DNA of 37,272 nucleotides from Clostridia bacterium. Its GTDB lineage: Bacteria > Bacillota > Clostridia > Oscillospirales > CAG-272. The stretch covers positions 1 through 37,272 of the forward strand of contig JAFWXY010000065.1 of NCBI GenBank assembly GCA_017522905.1. The letters run 5' to 3'. Made by a program: the position numbers and the translations under genes. How positions within the stretch are numbered: position 1 is the first letter of the stretch; every line of letters starts with the position of its first letter. Shown piece after piece: positions 28,232 to 36,811 of this stretch. Under the pieces are notes generated by a model. The model worked only from the letters and a program-made list of their open reading frames with translations. It had not been told where the DNA came from and searched no databases.

Positions 28232-29032
28232 ATGGAATACACCTACATCGACAGAATAAAAAAGATAAAAAGCGAGAAGAAGATCACCAACGACCGTCTT
28301 TCCGAGATGACCGAGATACCACTCGGCACGCTCTCGAAGATATTGGCGGGAATCAGCGATTCGCCCAAGCTTTCCAACATCGTGGCTATCTGCGCCGCGC
28401 TTGAATGCTCTGTGGATTATATCTTGACGGGTATCCCTGAGAATACCAACAATTATACTTTAAATGAGAGCGAGATGGACCTCATTGAGAATTACCGCAA
28501 GCTTGACGAGCATAGCCGTGAGCTTGTGTCGATGGTCATCTCCAAGGAGTCGGAGCGCAAGGCTGTTGTAAATAACAATGATAGATTCTTCTCGGGAAAG
28601 AAGAGTGCAGGAATGGGAGCTATCATTCGTACAAGCGCTATGAAGAGCGCGGCAGGACTCTCCCGCAGAAGTATAAGCCTTTACGACTTTCCCGTGTCTG
28701 CGGGAACAGGTGTCTATCTTTTTGAGACCGAGGCTACCTCGATAAACATTCCCGACAATCAGGAGACCGCGCTTGCGGACTACGCGCTTCGCATAAAGGG
28801 CAACAGTATGGAGCCCAAGTACCGCGACGGTGACGTTCTGCTTGTTGAGGAGTGCGATTCGGTCGAGTACGGTGAGCTTGGAATCTTCATGCTTGACGGC
28901 GAGGGATATTTCAAGAAGTTCGGCGGCGATAGACTTATTTCGCTCAATCCCGAATACAATGACATTCTTCTTAAAAACTTTGGCGAGGTTGCCTGCTGCG
29001 GCCGCGTGGTTGGAAAGCTTAAGAGGAAATAA
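28232..29032 (+). CDS. XRE-HTH / S24 peptidase repressor (LexA/CI/HdiR-like)
   Basis: N-terminal XRE HTH, VSAGTG cleavage site, GNSMEP catalytic Ser, YFKK catalytic Lys. Start moved to ATG 28232 (GAGGT SD). Confidence 0.92.
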   Translation: MEYTYIDRIKKIKSEKKITNDRLSEMTEIPLGTLSKILAGISDSPKLSNIVAICAALECSVDYILTGIPENTNNYTLNESEMDLIENYRKLDEHSRELVSMVISKESERKAVVNNNDRFFSGKKSAGMGAIIRTSAMKSAAGLSRRSISLYDFPVSAGTGVYLFETEATSINIPDNQETALADYALRIKGNSMEPKYRDGDVLLVEECDSVEYGELGIFMLDGEGYFKKFGGDRLISLNPEYNDILLKNFGEVACCGRVVGKLKRK

Positions 29033-29043
29033 ACGGGTAAATC

Positions 29044-29082
29044 AAAAAAAGAGCAAACGTAAAATTCGTTTGCTCTTTTTTT
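29044..29082. terminator. Bidirectional intrinsic terminator
   Basis: A7-GAGCAAACG-loop-CGTTTGCTC-T7. Confidence 0.88.
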
Positions 29083-29089
29083 GTGTGCT

Positions 29090-29788
29090 TTATTTGTTTT
29101 CAAGCGCCCACGCGGAAAGCTGTCTTTCTATCGCGGGGGTTATCTCGCGCGTCAGGACCTCGTAGCCCTGCGCGGTCAGATGTCCGCCGTCGGTGGTGTA
29201 TTCGTCGTAAATCTCACCGTCCTCAAGATTCAGAAGCGGGGAATACAGATCTACGTATTCAAAGGAATACTTTTCTGCGAGGAGCTTGATCTTGACGTTG
29301 TTGTACGCGGCGATCTGATTGTTCTTACCCCAATGCTCGCCGCCCATTGACGTCAGCGAGAGGAGAATTATCCTGGTGTTGGGGAGATTTTCCACAAAAC
29401 CCCGAAGGATATTCTCGTAGTTCTCCATCATAGTATCGAAGTTGTTTGCGCCGATAAGCATTACGGCGACCTTGGGCTTGAGGTCGTATACCGACGCCTT
29501 GAGTCTGCCCTCAAGATCGAGGGTCGTATCTCCACCGATGCCGCGGTTGCTGACAGTGTATTGGGGGTAATATGCCGCGACGTCGTAGCCGTCGGTCAGG
29601 CTATCGCCGAGAAAAGCGACGTCGACCTCATTGTCGGCGTATTGCGCATTTTCGCTCTCGAATATGGCCATTTTATTGGCGCGGTACTCCGCGACCTTTT
29701 CTGCCCACTCGTCCTCCTCGCTTTTACAGGAGCAAAGGGAAAATGCAAGCAGGATCAAGGACATTAAAAGTGATATAGCTTTTTTCAT
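29090..29788 (-). CDS. SGNH/GDSL hydrolase lipoprotein
   Basis: Start moved to ATG 29788 (GGAGG). Lipobox LCSC, GDSLT, NRGIGGD, GANN, DGGH. Confidence 0.9.
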   Translation of the reverse strand: MKKAISLLMSLILLAFSLCSCKSEEDEWAEKVAEYRANKMAIFESENAQYADNEVDVAFLGDSLTDGYDVAAYYPQYTVSNRGIGGDTTLDLEGRLKASVYDLKPKVAVMLIGANNFDTMMENYENILRGFVENLPNTRIILLSLTSMGGEHWGKNNQIAAYNNVKIKLLAEKYSFEYVDLYSPLLNLEDGEIYDEYTTDGGHLTAQGYEVLTREITPAIERQLSAWALENK

Positions 29789-29807
29789 TTCAAACCTCCG
29801 GAAAGAG

Positions 29808-30269
29808 TCAGATTTTGTTCTCTGTAAGCTCATCTAAAAGGCATGCGCAGCCCTCGAATATATCGCGGTAGGTTATGCCGAATTCACCGGTGAACCACGG
29901 GTCGGCAACGTCGCCGCCGCGCGGCGTGTAGTCCATGAGCTTCTTGACCTTGTTTTCGGGGTCGGAGCCGATTATTTTCATCATATTACGGACGTTCATT
30001 GAGTCCATGGGGATAAGCAGATCGTATTCGCCGTAATCGGCGCGCGTCATTTGCACCGCATACTTGCCGCTGGTGTCGATTCCATGGCGCGCAAGCTCGG
30101 CGCGAGCCGGGGGATATACGGGATTGCCAAGCTCCTCGCGGCTTGTGGCAGAGGACGCGACGTAAAATTCGCCCTCAAGCCCTCTCTCGCAAAGCATTTT
30201 CTTAAATATAAATTCCGCCATTGGACTGCGGCAAATGTTACCGTGGCAGACAAACATGATTTTCTTCAT
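29808..30269 (-). CDS. Low-molecular-weight protein tyrosine phosphatase family
   Basis: Start moved to ATG 30269. CHGNICRS P-loop and DPW motif. Confidence 0.93.
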   Translation of the reverse strand: MKKIMFVCHGNICRSPMAEFIFKKMLCERGLEGEFYVASSATSREELGNPVYPPARAELARHGIDTSGKYAVQMTRADYGEYDLLIPMDSMNVRNMMKIIGSDPENKVKKLMDYTPRGGDVADPWFTGEFGITYRDIFEGCACLLDELTENKI

Positions 30270-30299
30270 TTTGCACCTCTTTTGCGTGTGATTGACTTG

Positions 30300-30328
30300 A
30301 TTATACACGATTGAGCAGCGAAAGTCAA
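30300..30328 (-). promoter_or_regulatory. Sigma-A promoter of LMW-PTP/SGNH
   Basis: TTGACT-17 bp-TATAAT. Confidence 0.75.
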
Positions 30329-30378
30329 GATGCGGAACAATATGTTGTGTCACAGGCGAAAATCTTTGTAAAAAACCC

Positions 30379-30407
30379 TTGACAAAAGTATTTTTATACA
30401 TTATAAT
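30379..30407 (+). promoter_or_regulatory. Consensus sigma-A promoter of the leuS leader
   Basis: TTGACA-17 bp-TATAAT. Confidence 0.88.
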
Positions 30408-30419
30408 ATTAATGTTGTT

Positions 30420-30655
30420 TTCTAAATGCTATGAAAAGGACAGAGAATAGATGCGCGCGCAAAGAGAGGCGTCGGTTGGTGTAAGACGTCGGGCAATTTG
30501 TTCTTACTCACCTTGGAGCAGACCCCGCGAAAGTGTAGTGGGGTACGGTCAATCCGCCGTTATCGGACAGAGTGGCATTCCTTTGAATGCAATTTGAGTG
30601 GTACCGCGGAGCTGTCTTCGTCTCAAGTTTTTGAGATGGGGGCTTTTTGTTTTTA
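30420..30655 (+). ncRNA. T-box riboswitch (Leu) with terminator
   Basis: AGAGA, GGTGTAA, specifier CUC (30507-30509), CCGTTA, T-box AATTTGAGTGGTACCGCG (30591-30608), terminator stem 30614-30643 plus T tract. Confidence 0.93.
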
Positions 30656-30730
30656 TTGCGAGAATACCGCTTGCATAACTTTGAAAATCATTAAAATAGC
30701 AAGACCACAGGTTTTGCAAAGAGGTTAAAT

Positions 30731-33139
30731 ATGAAATACGATTTTTTGTCAATTGAAAAGAAGTGGCAGGATAAGTGGGATGCTGCTCACGTTTTTGAGG
30801 CTCAGGATGGCTCCGAAAAGCCCAAATTCTTCGCTCTCGTCGAGTTTCCCTATCCCTCGGGCGCAGGAATGCACGTAGGACACATCAAGGCTTATTCCGG
30901 TCTTGAGGTCGTCAGCAGAAAGAGAAGGATGCAGGGATATAACGTTCTTTTCCCGATCGGCTTTGACGCCTTCGGTCTTCCCACCGAGAACTCTGCTATA
31001 AAGTACAACACACACCCGAGAATCCTGACCGATAGAAATATCGAGAAGTTCTCCCAGCAGCTTAAGCGCGTAGGCTTCTCCTTTGACTGGACTCGCGTTA
31101 TTGACACAACCGACGAGGATTACTACCGCTGGACACAGCATATCTTCGTTGAAATGTTCAATAAGGGTCTTGCATTCAGAGACACCGCGCTTGTAAACTA
31201 CTGCCCCCACTGTAAGGTAGTCCTCTCCAACGAGGATAGCCAGGGCGGTAAGTGTGATATCTGCCATAACGATATCGTTCAGAAGTCCAAGGACGTATGG
31301 TATCTCCGTATAACAAAGTATGCTGACAGGCTCCTTCAGGGACTTGATAGCGTTGACTATCTCCCCCAGGTAAAGCAGCAGCAGGTAAACTGGATAGGTA
31401 AGTCCACGGGTGCTTTCGTTAATTTCTCGGTCAAGGGCGCAGACGAGGGCGAGATGCTCCGCATCTACACAACAAGACCCGATACCTTGTTCGGAGTAAC
31501 CTTCATGGTAATCGCTCCCGAGCATCCTCTCATTGAGAAGTACAGAGACCGCATCACTAACATTGATGCGCTTGATGAATATAAGACCGAGTGCGCTAAG
31601 AAGACCGAGTTCCAGAGAACACAGCTCGTCAAGGAAAAGACGGGTGTTAAGATCGAGGGCATCTGCGGCATCAATCCTGTAAACGGCAAGGAGATCCCGA
31701 TCTACACCGCAGACTACGTAATGATGGGCTACGGAACAGGCGCAATTATGGCGGTTCCCGCACACGATGAGCGTGACTACGACTTCGCAAAGAAGTTTGG
31801 TATAGATATAATTGAAGTAATCAAGGGCGGAAATATCGAGGAGGCGGCATATACCGGTGACGGCGATATGGTCAACTCTGATTTCCTTGACGGATTTACA
31901 AACAAGAAGGACTCCATCAAGAGAATGATCGAGGTCCTTGAGGAAAAGGGCATCGGCGAAGAGGGCGTTCAGTACAAGATGAAGGACTGGGCGTTCAACC
32001 GTCAGAGATATTGGGGCGAGCCTATCCCGATCGTTCATTGTCCTACTTGCGGAATGGTAGCACTCCCCGAAAGTGAGCTTCCCCTGAGACTTCCCGCAGT
32101 TGAGAACTTTGAGCCCGGCGAGGGTGGCGAGAGCCCTCTTGCGAAGATCGAAAGCTTTGTAAACTGCAAGTGCCCCAAGTGCGGCGGTGATGCAAAGAGA
32201 GAGACCGACACAATGCCCCAGTGGGCAGGATCGTCCTGGTATTTCCTCCGCTATATCGACCCCAAGAACGATAAGGCGATCGCAGACCCCGAAAAGCTCA
32301 ACTATTGGATGCCTGTTGACTGGTATAACGGCGGTATGGAGCACGTAACAAGACACATGATCTACTCCCGCTTCTGGCACAAGTTCCTTTACGACATGGG
32401 CGAGGTTAATACAGAGGAGCCTTACGCAAAGAGAACCGCACAGGGACTTATTCTCGGTCCCGACGGTGAGAAAATGTCAAAGTCCAAGGGTAACGTCGTT
32501 GACCCCAACGAGGTAGTTGACCAGTACGGTGCGGACGTTCTCCGTACCTATATCCTCTTTATGGGTGACTACGGCGCGGCTGCTCCTTGGTCTGATAGCT
32601 CTGTTAAGGGCTGTAAGAGATTTATCGAGCGTGTTTGTGACCTCAAGACCATAATTCAGGGCAAGGGTGAGACTGAAAAGCTTACAAGCGCGTTCCATAA
32701 GACGATCAAGAAGGTAAGCAATGATATCGAGGATATGAAGTTCAACACCGCTATCGCGGCAATGATGGGACTTCTCAACGAGATCTTTGAGGTTGGTCAG
32801 CTCACAGTTGACGAGTTTAAGATCTTTATTCGCTTGCTCTGTCCTATCGCACCTCACATTTGCGAGGAGCTCTGGGAGGAGATTGGCGGAAACGGACTCT
32901 GCTCACTTGCAGAGTGGCCTAGCTACGATGAGGCAAAGACGGTTGATTCTACAGTTGAGGTCGCGGTTCAGGTTAACGGTAAGCTCAAGGGAACTGTAAT
33001 GCTCGCGCTCAATGCAGATAAGGATACAGCGCTCTCTGTTGCAAAGGCGGACGCAAAGGTTGCTTCGGCAATCGAAGGCAAGACGGTTGTCAAGGAGATC
33101 GTTATTCCCAACAAGATAATTAACATCGTTGTAAAATAA
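30731..33139 (+). CDS. leuS: Leucine-tRNA ligase
   Basis: FPYPSG, HVGH, CP1 motifs TTRPDT and GTGAIMAVPAHD, RQRYWG, KMSKS. Confidence 0.98.
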   Translation: MKYDFLSIEKKWQDKWDAAHVFEAQDGSEKPKFFALVEFPYPSGAGMHVGHIKAYSGLEVVSRKRRMQGYNVLFPIGFDAFGLPTENSAIKYNTHPRILTDRNIEKFSQQLKRVGFSFDWTRVIDTTDEDYYRWTQHIFVEMFNKGLAFRDTALVNYCPHCKVVLSNEDSQGGKCDICHNDIVQKSKDVWYLRITKYADRLLQGLDSVDYLPQVKQQQVNWIGKSTGAFVNFSVKGADEGEMLRIYTTRPDTLFGVTFMVIAPEHPLIEKYRDRITNIDALDEYKTECAKKTEFQRTQLVKEKTGVKIEGICGINPVNGKEIPIYTADYVMMGYGTGAIMAVPAHDERDYDFAKKFGIDIIEVIKGGNIEEAAYTGDGDMVNSDFLDGFTNKKDSIKRMIEVLEEKGIGEEGVQYKMKDWAFNRQRYWGEPIPIVHCPTCGMVALPESELPLRLPAVENFEPGEGGESPLAKIESFVNCKCPKCGGDAKRETDTMPQWAGSSWYFLRYIDPKNDKAIADPEKLNYWMPVDWYNGGMEHVTRHMIYSRFWHKFLYDMGEVNTEEPYAKRTAQGLILGPDGEKMSKSKGNVVDPNEVVDQYGADVLRTYILFMGDYGAAAPWSDSSVKGCKRFIERVCDLKTIIQGKGETEKLTSAFHKTIKKVSNDIEDMKFNTAIAAMMGLLNEIFEVGQLTVDEFKIFIRLLCPIAPHICEELWEEIGGNGLCSLAEWPSYDEAKTVDSTVEVAVQVNGKLKGTVMLALNADKDTALSVAKADAKVASAIEGKTVVKEIVIPNKIINIVVK

Positions 33140-33163
33140 TTTCAAAAATTTGTTAAGATTATA

Positions 33164-33192
33164 TTGACAAATCACATTAAATGGTGTATAAT
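33164..33192 (+). promoter_or_regulatory. Consensus sigma-A promoter of rpsU
   Basis: TTGACA-17 bp-TATAAT. Confidence 0.88.
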
Positions 33193-33254
33193 ACTCGAGT
33201 ATGTGTGAGAAATCTCACATAAAACTTTTCAGAGCGAGGGGAGGGAAAAAGAAA

Positions 33255-33431
33255 ATGGCAGAAGTTAAAGTAAAAGATGGCGAGTCTCTTGACAGCGCGC
33301 TCCGTCGCTTTAAGCGTCAGTGTGCTCGTTCGGGAATCCTTACCGAGCTTCGTAAGAGAGAGCACTACGAGAAGCCCAGCGTAAAGCGTAAGAAGAAGTC
33401 TGAGGCTGCACGCAAGAGAAAGTTCAAATAA
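33255..33431 (+). CDS. rpsU: 30S ribosomal protein bS21
   Basis: [12 protein letters not shown]...[22 protein letters not shown]. Start moved to ATG 33255. Confidence 0.98.
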   Translation: MAEVKVKDGESLDSALRRFKRQCARSGILTELRKREHYEKPSVKRKKKSEAARKRKFK

Positions 33432-33442
33432 TCTCAAAAAAC

Positions 33443-33474
33443 ATCGGCAAGCTACGGCTTGCCGATATTTTTTT
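33443..33474 (+). terminator. rpsU terminator
   Basis: ATCGGCAAGC-tacg-GCTTGCCGAT followed by a T run. Confidence 0.88.
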
Positions 33475-33494
33475 GTCCTTTTATCCAAAACGCC

Positions 33495-33538
33495 AAAAGC
33501 CGCATTTTTGCCCCAAATAGGTAAAAATACGGCTTTTT
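33495..33538 (-). terminator. Probable terminator of the M20 gene
   Basis: Imperfect AAAAGCCGCATTTTTGCC/GGTAAAAATACGGCTTTT inverted repeat. Confidence 0.6.
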
Positions 33539-33571
33539 ATAAAACAAAATGTTGTAAAATAAACTAACAAT

Positions 33572-34903
33572 TTAAATTTTGTCGGAATTTGTCATTACGT
33601 AACTGTAAAAATCAACCGCAGGGGCAAGAGTTTCAACGTCAACGTTTTCGTCAATTCCGTGTACCGATGCAAGCTGCTTGGAGCTGATTGCAAAGGGCGC
33701 GAAGCGCAGGCAATTGTCGCATACGCGGCTCATAAATCTTGAGTCGCTTGCCGCGTTCATAACGTAAGGCGCGATTTTGACTCCTTTATATGTAACTCCA
33801 ACCGCCTCGGAAACAAGCTTGAATGCCGAGCTCTTGTGGCTTGAAAGGGGGGAGTCAAATCCGGGGCGAAGCACAACGGTTTCAATGTCAAATCCCTTTG
33901 CAAGAGCCGCAATCGCCTCTATGCTTGCCTTGCCGCCCTGGTGATGAGAGTAGCGCATGTTACCTACAACGTATGCCTCCTGGGGAAGCACGTTTGCTCC
34001 GTCAGAGCCCGATGCCATAGTAAACGCAAGTGTTGTCTTGAGCATAGCTCCGGCTACGGGAGAAATCGAGGGCATGACCTTGCAAAGCAAGGGAGAGAAG
34101 AATTTGGGATGACCCAAAATGAATTTGAGAGGTCCGCTCATAGAGCTGCCGAGAGAGGCAAGCGTGGCGCGAACGGTATCCGACATCTTAACCTCAAAAA
34201 CCTGTGCTTTTTCTGCCGCCGCCATGAATTTTCCAAGGCGCACAAGAGGGGTGTTCTTGCCGGGAGTGGACGCGTGTCCACCGTTTGAGTGTGCAATGAA
34301 TTTAAGGTCTGCATAGCCCTTTTCGCCAACGCCTATCATGGCAAATCTGCCCTTCGCGCCGCTCATAGGCTCGTCAACTATCATTCCGCCCTCGTCAAGC
34401 ACAAGCTCAAATCTTATGCCGCGCTCAAGGAGAACTTGGGAGATCTTATTTGCGCCTGCGCCCGTGGTCTCCTCACAGCAGGTCGACATAAAGTATATGT
34501 CGCGCGGAGGAATAAAGCCCTCGCGTGCAAGCTCATCGCCCGCCTGAAGCATACCCCAAAGACCGCCCTTGGTGTCAAGTGTGCCGCGTCCCCATACCTT
34601 GCCGTCGGCAATCGCGCCCGAGAAGGGTGGGTGAGTCCACTCGCCCGACGCCTCAACCACGTCGTGGTGGTTCATAAAGAGAATGGGAAGACGGGAGCTG
34701 TCCTTGCCAGCCCAGCGGAGAAGAATGCTGCCGTCAAAATTCTCAAATTCGCAAGTAGCGAAAAGTGAGGGGAATTCTTCCTTGAGGAGTGCGTGGAAGC
34801 TATAAAATTTTGAAAGATCGGTCTGTCCGTGCGCGGAAATTGTCTCTGCTTGAATCATTCTTGACAAGCGACCCGCGTATTCCTGGTTTCTTATATCAGA
34901 CAT
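33572..34903 (-). CDS. M20 family metallopeptidase/amidohydrolase
   Basis: HHDVV, GRGTLDTKG, EE, DEGG, HGIDE metal-ligand motifs. Confidence 0.92.
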   Translation of the reverse strand: MSDIRNQEYAGRLSRMIQAETISAHGQTDLSKFYSFHALLKEEFPSLFATCEFENFDGSILLRWAGKDSSRLPILFMNHHDVVEASGEWTHPPFSGAIADGKVWGRGTLDTKGGLWGMLQAGDELAREGFIPPRDIYFMSTCCEETTGAGANKISQVLLERGIRFELVLDEGGMIVDEPMSGAKGRFAMIGVGEKGYADLKFIAHSNGGHASTPGKNTPLVRLGKFMAAAEKAQVFEVKMSDTVRATLASLGSSMSGPLKFILGHPKFFSPLLCKVMPSISPVAGAMLKTTLAFTMASGSDGANVLPQEAYVVGNMRYSHHQGGKASIEAIAALAKGFDIETVVLRPGFDSPLSSHKSSAFKLVSEAVGVTYKGVKIAPYVMNAASDSRFMSRVCDNCLRFAPFAISSKQLASVHGIDENVDVETLAPAVDFYSYVMTNSDKI

Positions 34904-35012
34904 TGTTTTGTCCTTTCGTAAGATAAAATAGTTTGTTAAGCAACCTTAATAAGTTGACGCGAAATTAAGCAAAGTTAACTCTTCGAGACTTTAACTTTAA
35001 TGCTATACGTAA

Positions 35013-35041
35013 ATTATACACCTAATCGCTCTTCAAGTCAA
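35013..35041 (-). promoter_or_regulatory. Sigma-A promoter of the M20 gene
   Basis: TTGACT-17 bp-TATAAT. Confidence 0.75.
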
Positions 35042-35342
35042 GGGTAAATTGAAAAACCTTGTAAATATTGAAAATGTTTGTTTTTATTTAGGGTAAAATC
35101 ACAGCACGTTTGCTGCATATGCAGTAGCGTGACTTGCAAAATATATTAATCAAAATTAACAATACATTAAATATGCTTAACAAAATCCGCGTGCCTTGGT
35201 TCTTCGTAAATAAATTCCCAACAGTGAAATTATTTATTGTGTTGCTAACCACGAGGAAAGAACCGTGGAACAGAAAAAGTCTTTTGTACATTTTACACGA
35301 TTTTAGAGATAAAAGTTTATGCAATATTTCTTTGGACTGCTA

Positions 35343-35371
35343 TTGACAATCAAGTGACCGCGTAGTATAAT
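35343..35371 (+). promoter_or_regulatory. Consensus sigma-A promoter of the accessory block
   Basis: TTGACA-17 bp-TATAAT. Confidence 0.85.
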
Positions 35372-35427
35372 ATTACCAAGGAGATAAGTTCCGAAATTTT
35401 CACTGCAAGTATTGAAAAGGAGGACGT

Positions 35428-36078
35428 ATGAGCAGAGCTGATTTGTTGCCGCAGGAAATTGCGATCGAACTTAAAAAGAAAAAGAAAAAATTCATTGTGA
35501 AAAGCATTATAAAAACGGCAATTTTTTATTTGCTTGGCTTTGGTTTTCTGCTTTTGTCCGAGCATAAAAGCGAATCCTTTGATAGATACAGCGAGCCATA
35601 TCTCTTCTGGTTCCTTTGCATCTTAGTCTTGGTCCTGCCTGTTTTTCTATTCAATATTTACATTTTGGTTACACGAAGATCCTTTAAAGGTAAGGTTGTC
35701 GGAATGAAAAATCAGGTGCGTATGGATTTGTCGGAATGTGGCATGTTTTTACGCGCTAATGCGGCACGAATAAAATATAAAGACGTTTGTATCGTCAGCT
35801 TTGAAACCGAAAAGGGGGGCACAAGACGCATTGCCTTTGAAAATGAAGAGGCCGTATTGATACGAGATTATTGTAAGATAGGAGACGAGATTTCATACAC
35901 CGAGTTTTCTAAAATCCCTTTGAAATACCACGGCGTTTATGAAAAGAAGTTTTGTGTTTGTTGCGGCAACACACAAAGGGGCGAGGACACTTGTTGCGCA
36001 AAATGTAAGGTTCCGTTCTATGATGAAAAAGCTAACCGCGACGAGCTTGGTTTGTGGCAGGAGGATTTCAAAATATGA
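35428..36078 (+). CDS. Hypothetical 2-TM protein with C-terminal zinc ribbon
   Basis: AAGGAGG SD. Two TM segments, then FCVCCG-x8-CCAKC. Confidence 0.85.
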   Translation: MSRADLLPQEIAIELKKKKKKFIVKSIIKTAIFYLLGFGFLLLSEHKSESFDRYSEPYLFWFLCILVLVLPVFLFNIYILVTRRSFKGKVVGMKNQVRMDLSECGMFLRANAARIKYKDVCIVSFETEKGGTRRIAFENEEAVLIRDYCKIGDEISYTEFSKIPLKYHGVYEKKFCVCCGNTQRGEDTCCAKCKVPFYDEKANRDELGLWQEDFKI

Positions 36079-36605
36079 AAAAATATAGAAACATATTCAT
36101 TGCTTCAATGATGGCATCATTGTTGTTAAGCATGCTGCCCATTGTGATTTTCTATGATAGCGCCGCGCTTTCCTATTACTCGTGGCTTCCAATTGCGTTT
36201 TTTCTTGGCTCTATAGTATGGGCGATCATTGCCTATAGGTTGCGCGACCGCGGAAATTTGTTTTTCCACTGTAAAGGGAGGCTCTCGACTGCTTTGATGT
36301 ATACGTTCACAGGAGAAAAAAGCTATGCAGAGAGGGCAAAGTACAAAAGTGACATAAAAATATGCGCGCTAATCTATTGTCTTGCAATTCCCGTATATAT
36401 TCCGATAGCGTTTTTCGTAACCGACCTTTATTCTGCGATAATCATGACCTTGTCGTGCGTTATAATTGACAATGTCGCTATTGTAGTGTTCATGATCATT
36501 TCGAATATGAAATATGCGGTCGATACCGAAAAGCGAGAAGAAATTGAGGCAGAGCTTCACCGAAAGGAGCAGGAGAAGCGTGAATCAATGGGAAAGTGGA
36601 AATAA
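36075..36605 (+). CDS. Hypothetical 4-TM membrane protein
   Basis: ATGA overlap with the upstream stop, GGAGG SD, charged C-terminal tail. Confidence 0.85.
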   Translation: MKKYRNIFIASMMASLLLSMLPIVIFYDSAALSYYSWLPIAFFLGSIVWAIIAYRLRDRGNLFFHCKGRLSTALMYTFTGEKSYAERAKYKSDIKICALIYCLAIPVYIPIAFFVTDLYSAIIMTLSCVIIDNVAIVVFMIISNMKYAVDTEKREEIEAELHRKEQEKRESMGKWK

Positions 36606-36733
36606 TTTTTTGATGTCCCGATATTGATTAATATTCGTACGGTTTTTATCGGAAAAAGTAAGGGGAGTAGGTCGTGGAAAATGTTTTATATGAATACGGA
36701 TTTGATCTGTTTGAATTTTCATGGAACTTGATA

Positions 36734-36744
36734 CCTTCCCACCA
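36734..36744 (+). other. tRNA 3'-end-like fragment CCTTCCC-A-CCA
   Basis: Seven acceptor-strand-like bases, a discriminator A and CCA, directly before a terminator. No T-arm upstream. Confidence 0.45.
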
Positions 36745-36783
36745 ACGCAAAAAGGACACCCACGGGTGTCCTTTTTGTGTTGG
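36742..36783. terminator. Long bidirectional terminator-like hairpin
   Basis: CCAACGCAAAAAGGACACC-cacg-GGTGTCCTTTTTGTGTTGG. Confidence 0.85.
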
Positions 36784-36811
36784 CTAATAACTATAGTATT
36801 GATACGATATA

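Larger units (their letters stand above)
36674..36787 (+). pseudogene. 37-codon ORF, probable detached N-terminus (MENVLYEYGFDLFEFSWNLIP) running into a terminator
   Basis: AAGGGGAG SD and GTG start. After codon 21 the frame reads through a hairpin to TAA at 36785-36787. Not in the supplied ORF track. Confidence 0.55.

Noticed and set aside
28232-29032. Prophage suggested by the CI-like repressor
   Set aside because: No integrase, Cro-like, replication or structural genes nearby; the flanks are ordinary chromosomal genes.
30749-32380. 543-aa antisense ORF inside leuS, and similar shadow ORFs opposite topA, smc, pheST, glnS and gltX
   Set aside because: Fully antisense to well-conserved genes, with no recognisable motifs. 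Explained by codon bias that depletes antisense stop codons.
35249-35268. preQ1-I riboswitch-like CCACG-GTTC...CGTGG hairpin on - strand
   Set aside because: No A-rich 3' tail, no queuosine-related gene downstream, and it lies upstream of the M20 promoter.
36670-36744. Complete tRNA gene ending at CCA 36744
   Set aside because: No GTTCRA T-loop, D-arm or matching 5' acceptor strand upstream; at most a 3' fragment.
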